Assembly (NCBI GenBank): GCA_032718475.1
Contig: JAUCBJ010008653.1
Coordinates: 1-64,000 of the forward strand
Source: Nemertoderma westbladi
Lineage: Eukaryota > Animalia > Xenacoelomorpha
Direction of reading: 5' to 3'
Length of the DNA stretch: 64,000 nucleotides
The notes under the pieces are model-generated. The model had not been told where the DNA came from and did no database searches. It worked only from the letters and a program-made list of their open reading frames with translations. Within the stretch, counting starts at the first letter, position 1, and every line of letters begins with the position of its first letter. Positions 12,221 to 25,560 of this stretch are shown piece after piece. The position numbers and the translations under genes are program-made.

Positions 12221-14522
12221 AGGGTCAGGTGGGGTGGAATGAGTATAAAAAAAAAATTTAATCATAATTATTGAATACATTATAAGTATTATTGTTACCC
12301 CTTTGTAGCTTAAAATATCATTTGATTAACATACATTTCAATAGGGAGGTATTAAACATGCCACATTCTATAAGTGGTGTGTTGAAATAATTTTTTTAAA
12401 ACTTGGACAGTATACCCATTCCACCCCTATGTGTTGGGTGGAATGAGTACATCGAGTAAAATGACTTATATTGTGTGAATTCAATGCATTGGCCCCATTC
12501 CAACCGTCAATAGGTTGAAATGGGTATATTGGGTATGTTTTAAAAAAACTACTGGGTCCAGAAAACAACTTCTGGCTGTTCTCTGGGATGATTTCATTAA
12601 GTAAATATAATTAAAACATTGCAAAATTTGGATATGCCAAAAATATTATGCATTTATTGCACTTCTACTTATTTAAGATTAGTAAGGCACTCTTCATAAA
12701 TGAGTAATCTCCTTATGTTATTGCACTGATTATGTAGAAAGAATTTACAATTACATATATACATTGCTTAAACTGTAAAAATAATGGAATTGTTCTAGAA
12801 AAACTACATTATGTATTATCAATGGCAGTTCATGCTTGTTTCATATTGTTTGGCGGCATAGTTGTTGTTACCACAAGTGTGCATTCAAGTGTTTATCAAA
12901 ACAGAGACCACCCCTGCAAGTAACATCTATTGGGGGTGAGACACGGCCAACTACTTCGGCAATCTTCACAGAGCAGACATCAGGTTTTTCAGGTTGAACG
13001 AACAGACGACCCTGGTTGTGAGGTAACTTTGATGGGACATATTTCATAAAGCTAGTTCGTATATCCTCTTCTCCATTAATTTCCTGGACAACTCCCAGAA
13101 AATTCTTCCTACCAAAGAAACGAACAACCAGCCAGTCATTTACCAGTAAGTCTTTGAATATAATTGTTTGTATAGCTGAGCTACTGGACGTACCAGTAGC
13201 AATAGACGTTTCAAGATGACCAGATTGGCAACAGGTTGAACTTGTCTGGTTGGCCCCCACAGGGGATCTTGGATTATAACTAGAAGGTGTATCAGTATTA
13301 GTCGGCACTTCAGATGTTAACATTGAAAGTACGGAAGGTTTACGACGATTTATACAGCGCACAGCAGCCTTCTTCTTTGACTTAGCGAGGTTCTTGACAA
13401 TTGCTTTGCTCTTACTCTTTTTGGCTGCAACCTTTAATGCCTTTGCGTTCTTCTTCTCTTCTTCATCCATCCTTATCCTCTTCATAGATTCAGTTGATGT
13501 TAGGCACTCCCCAGCTTTCATCTGGACTCTCTTCCGTTTCTTCTTGGCATTCAACTGGGCATTTATTGTCAGAGGAGAAGGAGTTGGAACAAGAGTTTCA
13601 ACAATGGCCAGCTGGAGTGCCTTTACAGTGGGATCTGGTGTATTAGGACCACCCACAGTTGCCACTTCAGGTAGAATCCGTTTTCCTGCAACAGATTATT
13701 ATTGTAGTGAATAGGGTGTATTATTAATGATACATTGACTGTATTCTACTGGTATTACTACATAAGCCTATTCATGTCATGATGTAAGGTATGTACCGTA
13801 ACTGAAACTAAATAAATAAGGTAGGGTTCCTCTGCCTACTGCATATCTAACAGAACTACGGCGCTGGTAGTGGTATATACATAGCCTACCTACTTTCAAA
13901 ATAATCAGAAGCAGAACACAATGTATTATACTCATAGCCTACAGTCTTCAGTGGTACCAGTAACAGTAGCATATTTAATGATAATCTAAAACTCATGACA
14001 GACACCCAACGACCACCCATGGAAACCAGTATCATTGTAAGAATATTTAAGACTTATAATAAAGTCATAATTACAGTGGGTAGAGGTGTAGGTACCATAT
14101 GAAGGTTATTTTTATCCAGTAATATTAATATACCCATTTCACCCACCACATATTTTTTAATATACCCATTTTACCCGATTTCACAAATTCATGTTTAACT
14201 CATTTCTGCCACATAACTGTGCAAAAACGGATATATGTAATTAAAATTTGGTCTTTCAAGACCGCATTTTGCCTTCATTAATCATTAGAAAATTATACTT
14301 AGCCATTTTAAAAATGGGTTTTTTTTTGGTCACATTTTTGGCATATTTGTCATAAATGACAACAATTTTTAAATAGCTGAATTCCTGAAAGTTGTGAATA
14401 TGCAACACCTATGACCAAGGGAAACAAATTATATGCTCTTTTTAGTAGCATAGCACAAATTATGGGATAGTTTATAGTTTTACAGAAATAAACGTTTTTA
14501 GTTTATATACCCATTCCACCCT
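12221..14522 (-). mobile_element. Internally deleted pogo/Tigger-like DNA transposon in a PCNA intron
   Basis: Ends TATAGGGT...GGAATGAGTATA and TATACCCATTCCACCCTATA are imperfect inverted repeats, with internal copies of the motif; contains a transposase-type C-terminal ORF. Confidence 0.6.
12868..13685 (-). pseudogene. C-terminal exon of a pogo/CENP-B-type transposase-like protein (no DDE core present)
   Basis: KKKRKRV...CLTSTESMKRIRMDEEEKK basic/coiled segment and DWLVVRFFGRKNFLGVVQEI domain resemble invertebrate pogo C-termini; preceded by acceptor ctgttgcag at 13686. Confidence 0.55.
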
Positions 14523-14680
14523 ATATACTCATTTCTATAATAATATAATATCGACACAAATAACAGCTAAAAAGAAACTGTAACCTGTGTTATTGGCATT
14601 TACTGTTTTGGTTTGTTATGTAATCTACCTACCTGATACCAGAACCTCGATAAAGTTTACCAACATTTATTTTTTCCCAG

Positions 14681-14875
14681 ACTACTGACTACAGCGCTAC
14701 TATTAGGATGCCGTCAGCGGAATTCGCCCGTATCTGCCGAGATCTCGCCCAGATCGGGGATTCTATCACGATTACCTGCACCAAAGAATCGGTACAGTTC
14801 GCCGCCGAGGGCGATCTGGGCTCCGGGAAGATTAACATAATGCAGAACACGACGATAGATAAGGAGGAAGATCAG
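14681..14875 (+). CDS. PCNA: PCNA internal coding exon (195 nt, approx. aa 130-194)
   Basis: ttttttcccag| TTDYSATIRMPSAEFARICRDLAQIGDSITITCTKESVQFAAEGDLGSGKINIMQNTTIDKEEDQ |gtacag; K164-equivalent lysine retained. Confidence 0.95.
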
Positions 14876-17800
14876 GTACAGTACGGGGGTTGGGTTGGGG
14901 AGGACCAGCTGTGGTACTAGTACGGGAGTTGGGTTGGGGAGGACCAGCGATGGTACTAGTACGGGGGTTGGGTTGGGGAGGACCAGTTGTGGTACTAGTA
15001 CGGGGGTTGGGTTGGGGAGGACCAGTTGTGGTACTAGTAGTACGGGGGTTGGGTTGGGGAGGACCAGCTGTGGTACTAGTACGGGGGTTGGGTTGGTGAG
15101 GACCAGTTGTGATACTAGTACGGGGTTGGGTTGGGGAGGACCAGTTGTGGTACTAGTAGTACGGGGGTTGGGTTGGGGAGGACCAGTTGTGGTACTAGTA
15201 CGGGGGTTGGATTGGGGAGGACCAGTTGTGGTACTAGTAGTACAGTGGTTGGGTTGGGGAGGACCAGCTGTGGTACTAGTACGGGGGTTGGGTTGGGGAG
15301 GACCAGTTGTGGTACTAGTACGGGGGTTGGGTTGGGGAGGACCAGTTGTGGTGCTAGTAGTACGGGGGTTGGGTTGGGGAGGACCAGCTGTGGTACTAGT
15401 ACGGGGTTGGGTTGGGGAGGACCAGTTGTGGTACTAGTACGGGGTTGGGTTGGGGAGGACCAGTTGTGGTACTAGTAGTACGGGGGTTGGGTTGGGGAGG
15501 ACGAGTTGTGATACTAGTACGGGGTTGGATTGGGGAGGACCCGTTGTGGTACTAGTACGGGGGTTGGGTTGGGGAGGACCAGTTGTGGTACTAGTAGTAC
15601 GGGGGTTGGGTTGGGGAGGACGAGTTGTGATACTAGTACGGGGTTGGGTTGGGGAGGACCAGTTGTGATACTAGTACGGGGTTGGGTTGGGGAGGACCAG
15701 TTGTGGTACTAGTAGTACGGGGGTTGGGTTGGGGAGGACCAGTTGTGGTACTAGTAGTACGGGGTTGGGTTGGGGAGGACCAGTTGTGGTACTAGTACGG
15801 GGGTTGGGTTGGGGAGGACCAGTTGTGGTGCTAGTAGTACGGGGGTTGGGTTGGGGAGGACCAGCTGTGGTACTAGTACGGGGTTGGGTTGGGGAGGACC
15901 AGTTGTGGTACTAGTACGGGGTTGGGTTGGGGAGGACCAGTTGTGGTACTAGTAGTACGTGGGTTGGGTTGGGGAGGACCAGTTGTGGTACTAGTACGGG
16001 GGTTGGGTTGGGGAGGACCAGTTGTGGTACTAGTACGGGGGTTGGGTTGGGGAGGACCAGCTGTGGTACTAGTACGGGGTTGGGTTGGGGAGGACCAGTT
16101 GTGGTACTAGTACGGGGTTGGGTTGGGGAGGACCAGTTCTGGTGCTAGTACGGGGGTTGGGTTGGGGAGGACCAGCTGTGGTACTAGTACGGGGTTGGGT
16201 TGGGGAGGACCAGTTGTGGTACTAGTACGGGGTTGGGTTGGGGATGACCAGTTCTGGTGCTAGTACGGGGGTTGGGTTGGGGAGGACCAGTTGTGGTACT
16301 AGTACGGGGTTGGGTTGGGGAGGACCAGTTGTGGTACTAGTACGGGGTTGGGTTGGGGAGGACCAGTTGTGGTACTAGTACGGGGTTGGGTTGGGGAGGA
16401 CCAGTTCTGGTGCTAGTACGGGGGTTGGGTTGGGGAGGACCAGCTGTGGTACTAGTACGGGGTTGGGTTGGGGAGGACCAGTTGTGGTACTAGTACGGGG
16501 TTGGGTTGGGGAGGACCCGTTGTGGTACTAGTACGGGGGTTGGGTTGGGGAGGACCAGCTGTGGTACTAGTACGGGGTTGGGTTGGGGAGGACCAGTTGT
16601 GGTACTAGTACGGGGTTGGGTTGGGGAGGACCAGTTGTGATACTAGTACGGGGTTGGGTTGGGGAGGACCAGTTGTGGTACTAGTACGGGGGTTGGGTTG
16701 GGGAGGACCAGTTGTGGTACTAGTACGGGGGTTGGGTTGGGGAGGACCAGTTGTGATACTAGTACGGGGTTGGGTTGGGGAGGACCAGTTGTGGTACTAG
16801 TACGGGGGTTGGGTTGGGGAGGACCAGTTGTGGTACTAGTAGTACGTGGGTTGGGTTGGGGAGGACCAGTTGTGGTACTAGTACGGGGGTTGGGTTGGGG
16901 AGGACCAGTTGTGGTACTAGTACAGGGGTTGGGTTGGGGAGGACCAGCTGTGGTACTAGTAGTACGGCGTTGGGTTGGGGAGGACCAGCTGTGGTACTAG
17001 TAGTACGGGGGTTGGGTTGGGGAGGACCAGTTGTGGTACTAGTAGTACGGGGGTTGGGTTGGGGAGGACCAGTTGTGATACTAGTACGGGGTTGGGTTGG
17101 GGAGGACCAGTTGTGGTACTAGTAGTACGGGGGTTGGGTTGGGGAGGACCAGCTGTGGTTCTAGTACGGGTGTTTGGTTGGGGAGGACCAGTTGTGGTAC
17201 TAGTACGGGGGTTGGGTTGGGGAGGACCAGTTGTGGTACTAGTACGGGGGTTGGGTTGGGGAGGACCAGTTGTGGTACTAGTACGTTGGTTGGGTTGGGG
17301 AGGACCAGTTGTGGTACTAGTAGTACGGGGGTTGGGTTGGGGAGGACCAGCTGTGGTACTAGTACGGGGTTGGGTTGGGGAGGACCAGTTGTGGTACTAG
17401 TACGGGGTTGGGTTGGGGAGGACCAGTTGTGGTACTAGTACGGGGTTGAGTTGGGGAGGACCAGCTGTGGTTCTAGTACGGGTGTTGGGTTGGGGAGGAC
17501 CAGTTGTGGTACTAGTACGGGGGTTGGGTTGGGGAGGACCAGTTGTGGTGCTAGTACGGGGGTTGGGTTGGGGAGGACCAGTTGTGGTACTAGTACGGGG
17601 GTTGGGTTGGGGAGGACCAGTTGTGGTACTAGTACGGGGTTGGGTTCGGGAGGACCAGCTGTGGTACTAGTAGTACGGGGGTTGGGTTGGGGAGGACCAG
17701 TTGTGGTACTAGTACGGGGGTTGGGTTGGGGAGGACCAGTTGTGGTACTACTAGTACGGGGGTTGGGTTGGGGAGGACCAGTTGTGGTACTAGTACGGGG

Positions 17801-19522
17801 GTTGGGTTGGGGAGGACCAGTTGTGGTACTAGTAGTACGGGGTTGGGTTGGAGAGGACCAGCTGTGGTACTAGTAGTACAGTGGTTGGGTTGGGGAGGAC
17901 CAGTTGTGATACTAGTACGGGGGTTGGGTTGGGGAGGACCAGTTGTGGTACTAGTACGTTGGTTGGGTTGGGGAGGACCAGTGCTGTGGTACTAGTAGTG
18001 CGGGGGTTGGGTTGGGGAGGACCAGTTGTGGTACTAGTAGTACGGGGGTTGGGTTGGGGAGGACCAGTTTTGATACTAGTACGAGGGTTGGGTTGGGGAG
18101 GACCAGTTGTGGTACTAGTACGAGGGTTGGGTTGGGGGGGACCAGTTGTGGTACTAGTAGTACGGGGGTTGGGTTGGGGAGGACCAGTTGTGGTACTAGT
18201 AGTACGGGGGTTGGGTTGGGGAGGACCAGTTGTGGTACTAGTACGGGGGTTGGGTTGGGGAGGACCAGTTGTGGTACTAGTAGTACGGGGTTGGGTTGGA
18301 GAGGACCAGCTGTGGTACTAGTAGTACGGTGGTTGGGTTGGGGAGGACCAGTTGTGATACTAGTACGGGGTTGGGTTGGGGAGGACCAGATGTGGTACTA
18401 GTAGTACGGGGGTTGGGTTGGGGAGGACCAGTTGTGGTACTAGTACGGGGTTGGGTTGGGGAGGACCAGTTGTGGTACTAGTACGGGTGTTGGGTTGGGG
18501 AGGACCAGTTGTGGTACTAGTACGGGGGTTGGGTTGGGGAGGACCAGTTGTGGTGCTAGTACGGGGGTTGGGTTGGGGAGGACCAGTTGTGGTACTAGTA
18601 CGTGGGTTGGGTTGGGGAGGACCAACTGTGGTACTAATACGGGGTTGGGTTGGGGAGGACCAGCTGTGGTTCTAGTACGGGGGTTGGATTGGGGAGGACC
18701 AGTTGTGGTGCTAGTATGGGGGTTGGGTTGGGGAGGACCAGCTGTGGTACTAGTACGGGGGTTGGGTTGGGGAGGACCAGTTGTGGTGCTAGTACGGTGG
18801 TTGGGTTGGGGAGGACCAGTTGTGGTACTAGTACGGGGGTTGGGTTGGGGAGGACCAGTTGTGGTGATAGTACGGGGGTTGGGTTGGGGAGGACCAGTTG
18901 TGGTACTAGTACGGGGGGTTGGGTTGGGGAGGACCAGCTGTGGTACTAGTACGTGGGTTGGGTTGGGGAGGACCAGTTGTGGTACTAGTACGGGGGTTGG
19001 GTTGGGGAGGACCAGTTGTGGTACTAGTACGGGGGTTGGGTTGGGGAGGACCAGTTGTGGTACTAGTACGTGGGTTGGGTTGGGGAGGACCAGCTGTGGT
19101 ACTAGTACGGGTGTTGGGTTGGGGAGGACCAGTTGTGGTACTAGTACGGGGGTTGGGTTGGGGAGGACCAACTGTGGTACTAGTACGGGTGTTGGGTTGG
19201 GGAGGACCAACTGTGGTACTAGTACAGGGGTTGGGTTGGGGAGGACCAGTTGTGGTACTAGTACGGTGGTTGGGTTGGGGAGGACCAACTGTGGTACTAG
19301 TACGGGGGTTGGGTTGGGGAGGACCAGCTGTGGTACTAGTAGTACGGCGTTGGGTTGGGGAGGACCAGTTGTGGTACTAGTAGTACGGGGGTTGGGTTGG
19401 GGAGGACCAGTTGTGGTACTAGTACGGGGGTTGGGTTGGGAGGACCAGCTGTGGTACTAGTACGGTGGTTGGGTTGGGGAGGACCAGTTGTGGTACTAGA
19501 CTAGTACGGGTGTTCGGTTCGG
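14876..19522 (+). repeat. G-rich 38-42-bp minisatellite, ~4.6 kb (roughly 115-120 units, estimated from length)
   Basis: Consensus GTACTAGTACGGGGGTTGGGTTGGGGAGGACCAGTTGTG, with variants differing by TAG or G indels; begins at the PCNA splice donor. Confidence 0.98.
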
Positions 19523-19632
19523 CTTATGGTGGCAATTTACGTTTGTTATTAATCATCCACCATTCTTCTTTCACCATTTAGGGTCTAAAAATTCACCATC
19601 AGTTTTCTTCTTTTGGGTTTGGTGTAATGTGT

Positions 19633-20079
19633 AGTGTTTTTTAAACGGGATCCCGGTCACGAAATATCGGGATCCCGGCAAAAAATGCAATCCCGGTCCC
19701 GATCCCGATCCCGACTTTTTTTGGAACGGGATCCCGATGTATAAATACTGAAATATATTTCTTTAATATCCGATGAATAGCTACTCCTGGACAGAACTGT
19801 AATGACCGTATTGAATTGTCGAGTTAGTGGATGTCAGTAAACCATCCAGTAATCAATTGTAAATACATTTTATATAATTTTATCTCACTAATATTTCAGC
19901 AGTGTGAAATAATGTGATATAATTTTGCGAAAAACCCATTTTATATTAACACAGCAATATACTGAAAACTTTAAGATATTTGTATTCAAAATTGCAATCC
20001 CGATCCCGAAAAACGGGATCCCGAGAGTGATAATTCCGATCCCGCATATCCCGAAAAGTCTGATCTCGTTTAAACACCA
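19633..20079. mobile_element. Short non-autonomous DNA element (MITE-like) with GGGATCCC subterminal repeats
   Basis: AGTGTTTTTTAAACGGGATC... versus ...GATCTCGTTTAAACACCAG as imperfect TIRs; clusters of GGGATCCCG/ATCCCG at both ends. Confidence 0.55.
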
Positions 20080-20509
20080 GTTTGGTGTTGATTTTTAATC
20101 GATTTTTAATTATTATTAGACTGTTTTTTCTTTAAAGTATCTAATTCAAACTTGCACACACCCCTATTTTATGTGGAGCCGACAAGAAACGATGAATCTC
20201 CAAGAATTTCACAGAGTAATTGAACTTGGTTAAGTGACCTCTCATGCACTTCCAAAATACATAGTTCGATTTTGGTGATTAACCGATTATTGCGGTCTTG
20301 CATAATATTTTTCAATAGCATTGCATTAATTGCAATTGCATTACACTATTGGATTCCTAGTTCAACTAGCTTTAATTTGAATGGCTACAATAGATACCTG
20401 ATAGAGTTTGAGTTGGGAATCTGAAGTTTATTAAGGCAACAATAAAAAATACTGGTCCCTATTGTAATTTTAACAGCTTTATCCCTATACTATACAGTAT
20501 AAGTTTGGA

Positions 20510-21130
20510 TTGGTGTTTACTTTGATTTTTCGTTGCTTTAACATTTCATCTAGTTACAACACTTGCCACTCTTTGTTACTAGAACTCACTCATGCCCTTC
20601 GTTGTAATGGTTACCCACTGGCTTTCATTAACTCTGCCAATTTCAATCGTATTAGTGAACCACGATCACCCCCTATAACTACAGTACCCAAACGGAGTGT
20701 TTTGATCTGCCTTCCTTTTACCGGCCACCACGGCGCGCTTGTAAAGAAACGTCTGAAAAAAAACGATCCTCCCTTTTCCCGTACAAGGATCAGATTCCTG
20801 AACACATACGGTCGGGTGTTGTGTACCATTATAATTGTGGCAGCTGCGATGCTTCTTACGTTGGACGCACTGTACGCCACCTGGCTAAACGTGTTGAGGA
20901 ACACACTGGCTTTCTGTACAACTCTGGAAAATTCTCCCGTCCAAAAAATTATTCTATCTTTGAACACTCTCCTCCACCGCCGATCATCCCACGTTAAAAG
21001 AAAATTTCCGCATCTTATCTACATCCCGTAACTTGCACGAACTTCTCATTAAGGAGACTTTGTTCATTAGGAAACTTAGCCCCACTTTAAATGACCAAAC
21101 CACTTCGACTTTCCTTTCCCTACTGTAGTT
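20510..21130 (+). mobile_element. Decayed Penelope-like element 3' fragment (RT thumb plus GIY-YIG)
   Basis: LIFRCFNISS...LRCNGYP...LPFTG, then in another frame SGVVYHYNCGSCDASYVGRTVRHLAKRVEEH and ELLIKETLFIRKLSPTLNDQ. Confidence 0.85.
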
Positions 21131-21437
21131 CCCTGATATATTGACCCCCCCCCCAACCACCCTACCCCGCCCCTACCACACGTACTACCTTTTTCGTGTA
21201 CCGGTAGGTCCTGCCTTTCTTACTGGACTGTTTTATACTATCCGCTCTGTTGTTTCTGTAGTACTGTACTGCTGTACACGCCTTCCATATTTAATTACAA
21301 CCTTTTTTTGCACACTAGCCACACCCGTTATTTGGTAAATTGTTTTTTTTTTGTATTGTTATTTCAATCTTCACCAGCCTTATTATTGTATTTTGTATTT
21401 AGTAATGTCTTTCACTCATTTTCAGGTATTTGTTTTT

Positions 21438-21478
21438 GCTTTGATAATAATTATTGTTAAATAAATCGAAACGTCAGC
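21438..21478 (+). ncRNA. Degenerate minimal hammerhead-ribozyme-like motif (U3:A8 core variant) 3' of the Penelope fragment
   Basis: GCT / TTGATAA / AT-rich stem II / CGAAAC-GTC / AGC. Confidence 0.45.
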
Positions 21479-21699
21479 TGTTTTTTACAATCTTTATTTC
21501 TCAAATCATGAAGTTTTAAGTTATTTGCGCTTTTTATTGTTGCCTTAATATATACCTGGTACTAAATTAAAACATGTGTGTACTGTTCTCATTCTGCACA
21601 TTAGTTATAATCTATTATATATGCAAAATACATAGTACAATGAACAAATACACATATATAGTTCAGTTATATTTAGTACCGGTAACAATATATGGTATT

Positions 21700-24600
21700 A
21701 TTTTTTAATTATTACTCATATGGGATACCTGTTGCTTTTTTGTAGGAGTGGTGTCTGACAGTTTGAATATTAGTTCATGTGGATATTCATCTTCAGTTAG
21801 GAACATATTGAAATCAGTCGCTAATTTTACGGTTCGTTCAGCACAGACATTGATAACACGGAGAGCTTCCACTATCTTCTTTGCAAACTGATAGTATATT
21901 CCTATATTCCATATTTCAACAGGGGGGGGGGGGGGATAAAAAATCATTAGGTAGAGAAAGTGCATAGAACATGTTGAGTGAGTGACGAAGTATGCCAAAC
22001 CCACATTATTAAAATTATGTGTTTTTTTTTGTCTCAGCACATATGTGGCACGGGGTGGTGGGGTTTAGACATTGCAGAAACAATGGATGACTTAATATCA
22101 TCTTCAATATCACTGAAGTATATTATTTAATTACACCATGAAATTGGTAAAATTCGTAGTCTTAAAACTAATAGATTAAAATAAATTAAATTTAAATGAG
22201 TATTATGAAAGCAAAATATTTCGCTGCCCCTCACAAGTCTTAAGTGATCTCGCCTTTGGCCCACTGAGTAATGCTCTTTGTGTTGCACGTGCAGTCAGTT
22301 AGGTGGTACCTATGGTTGCAACGCCCCCGCAAAGCGTGCAAATGCAGGATGAGTCCGGTTGGTGATAGGATTTATTTGTACATATTTTAAAATGGAATCC
22401 GTGCATCGAAAACCTCGTGGTTATATGGCGACTTGAACTGTTTGGCAGCACCCAGGTCCTCGAAATAAAGGCCGGAGAGTTTCAGAATTCAGTCGGTATT
22501 TCGGAGTTCTTCTGATCGACTTCAGCTCGATATTTAAGGAGAGAATCTGTTACCGGGAGTTTTAGCATTGCTACCAAATATTCTATCTATTAAGGGTTTT
22601 TCTTTGCACATAGCTAGCTCAAGTCGATTAAGGGAGCTTTTGTGGACGCTCAGTACACGTTTGAGAAACGTTGCCTTTATTTTATCTAAATTGTGTAGGT
22701 TGGTTGAGTTTAGGTATGGCCATAATAATGAAAAATTGTAGCTAATGATTGGGCGTATTTTAATATTGAATATTTTAATTGCTGTTGACAAGGACAGTTG
22801 TCGTGGGTTCTTTAGATAGTGAGTTGCCATAATGGATTTGCATGCGATATGGGTAACGTGCTTTGTAAATGATAAGGTTGTTTGAAAGGTAATTCCCAGG
22901 TAGGTGTAGTTGTTAGTGATTGTTACCGGTTGGTCGTTATAGATAAATTTGTCTGCCTTGGCGAGTTTACCCCCATGGCGAAACTTTATTATGGCAGTCT
23001 TCTTCATGTTAACTTCGAGCTGGTTCTCTGCCGCCCATAGTGAGAGGGCATTTAAACCAGCCTGAAGGGATTCCCGTGAGTCTGAATAGAATAGTAGGTC
23101 ATCATCAAATAGTAATAGGATTATAGTTGCAACACGTTTTAGCGCCGCTACGATATCAGCGATATAAATAATAGTTCTATAAACTTCAGGAGTCTACCGC
23201 GAATTCCGAATAGATTTTAGCTTCCAGATTAATCTCTTTCTCGGGACAGAATCGAACGCTTTTCTAAAGTCTACAAACCATGCGTACAATGGCTTCTTTA
23301 AATTGTGTAGGTGATTATTAGTGTCTCTAATCAATTGATCTATTGGTTGCGATGTAGATCGGCCGGAAAGGAAGCCGTATTGTTCTGGCGGAATCCTGTG
23401 TTGCAGTTGACTGCGCAGCCGGTTGGCTACGATACCGGTGAGAACCTTAAATACGTTACACAAAAGTGATATCACTATCAAAACAAATATCACTGAAGAG
23501 TACTAAAGGAACCAAGTCCTCACTAAGATACCACAGCTGCCCCCGCATCTTCCTCAAACACTCTGCTACAATAACCTTAACCTTACCAACACTATGGAAG
23601 TCGTGCAGGTGCTGTAACAGGAGGTCATTGCATTCGTTGTGCTACAGCACAGGGTGCGAGAATCCACATCTGAATATAGATAGTGACTGCGAGTAGTACA
23701 ATACGCCTTAGAGGCTGCAGTTCATGCTTACTAAGCACAAACTGCCTACGGAATGTGAATATTTTAAGACAATAAATTCCTTTCGCCATCCATCTTGATC
23801 GGTGGTAAGAACCTGGTTGACCATCTGTGGCACCCAATAACGGAAGTGCTAACTGGTTGAACTGAAGGTAATAAAATTCTGCACATGGATACTAGAAAGC
23901 CAGCAAGCTGGCTGGAAGGAGCCCGGGGGAAAAATCCTAGCCAAGACTATTACAAAGAACTATGTCAGTCAGCAGTAAGTAAACTAAAATTGTCTAAACT
24001 GCAAGGCGTGAGGCTAGCTGACTTTGTGGCTCGCCCCACATAATAAAAAATGCAACTTAGCTACCACTAACAAAAATATAATATGAAGCAAATAATTTCA
24101 TTATCAAGCACGTTTACAAGATATAAGATGCGATTACCGAATATTTATAAAAAATGCCCATGATGCACAACCAGATAAATAACAACGAATAGAGCCAAAT
24201 AACAAATTCAGTTCCCTTCTATAGGTATTACCCCGTCGTCAAGCGGAATATCTCTTCCCAGTGAATTCTATGTGAATATGTAATATAGGTACTCCTTAGG
24301 CAGTAGGCCAGAGCGGGCTCCTTAAATACATGCAACTACTGTATTATAGTGTAGGTCAACTATAAAACATTTTGCAATCCACAGTGAGTATCGACTGCAA
24401 TAGGACACAACACACTGCATTGTGTAACTAAAATTCATTCTCCTGATCCACCCCCTAACATAGCAGAGTGAGTAACCTTATTGTAGATATACCCTTAGGA
24501 AGCACTGGGAGAGCAATCAGCTTATGGGGTAATACATTAGAAACCAACAGCTTATGTGTGAGTAAACATTGCCTTTCCTTATAGCCTACTAGTAAAACTT

Positions 24601-25560
24601 GGCAACCAACACGTTTTTCTATGACTGTGTATAACATATTAAGCCATATTTCATCATGAACACCAGCTATTATTTTACCATTGCTTTTAATTTCGCGACA
24701 AAACAATGTCAAAAAACTAAATATATCGAATACCACACATAGAATCGATCTGAAATTTTGTAACGCGATTATGAACCACCAAAGCAATGTACTTGCAAAA
24801 TTTTATCAAAATCGCCTAGCAGGAAGTGCCTTAACCTAGATAATTATCAGTCAGTATGTCAGTCAGTCATTCAGTGTAATGTATCCTGAGATTTTTACAG
24901 AAAGTATCCCTGAGATTTTTACACAAGCGGGCTCCTAAACAGGTCACCTACTGTTTTAGAAACTTTACCATTGGCAACTTATGAACATGTAGCCATTAGC
25001 GATTCCCTTTCTGCAGTTGAGAGACATCCATCTCCAGAGCTATCTGAATCGAGTGACTGAAATTTGCTTTGGTCTATGAATGACCACTCTTCCTTTAATC
25101 TAACAAACAGGTCTATGACGGGTCCTTTAGAAACAAAGAAAGAGTCAAAGACAGCTGTGGCCTTAATTTTATGGTGGCGACACCGACTAGTCAGAAAGAG
25201 TAGCATCCTATCCTAATTTTTCTGGATTATAGAGATTGCTCGTGTATGAATCCCACTATTTGTTGAATGTTGATGTGGTATCAAAGCAAAGGGCCACAAT
25301 GTGTTTTTCAACATCTTTCCAGGCTCAAATAAACTCGACAACTTTCCGTCCCATCTGTACAACAGTAGATGTACTCAAGATTGGGATGTCTAATAGCTTC
25401 TCAGTATTTTGACCATATAAAACAATTGGCATGTGAATGTGATCACATCAGATCTCACCTCCATCAACATGTGGTAGCAGCTTCCCATCAAAGTGGACAA
25501 CTAGATGACGCTTATAAACAAATTATCGTCAAAATTATACAACACCGCCATATATTTGGC
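21700..25560 (-). mobile_element. Fossil hAT-superfamily (hATm-like) transposase split by later insertions
   Basis: Collinear minus-strand fragments: AFDTT (~25290), CRHH...GPVIDLFVRLKEEW (24979-25206), PGSYHRSRWMAKGIYCLKIF..QF (23625-23837), VINVCAERTVKLATDFN..LTEDE (~21780-21870). Confidence 0.7.
22200..23465 (-). mobile_element. Decayed non-LTR retrotransposon RT and C-terminal fragment (RTEX-like), nested in the hATm-like fossil
   Basis: QYGFLSGRST, FVDFRKAFDSV, LFDDDL, KKTAIIKFRHGG, YTYLGITF, and C-terminal Cys/His motif (HGFH...CICTLCG). Confidence 0.8.

Noticed and set aside
14890-19460. Many ORFs (GLGWGGPVVVLVR / GRTSCGTSTGVGL repeats)
   Set aside because: By-products of a 39-bp satellite with stop-free frames; frequent 1-bp indels break frames, and the region is a PCNA intron
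14876-19522. CRISPR array or telomeric repeat
   Set aside because: Units are head-to-tail with no unique spacers and no cas genes; TTGGG occurs only within a longer unit
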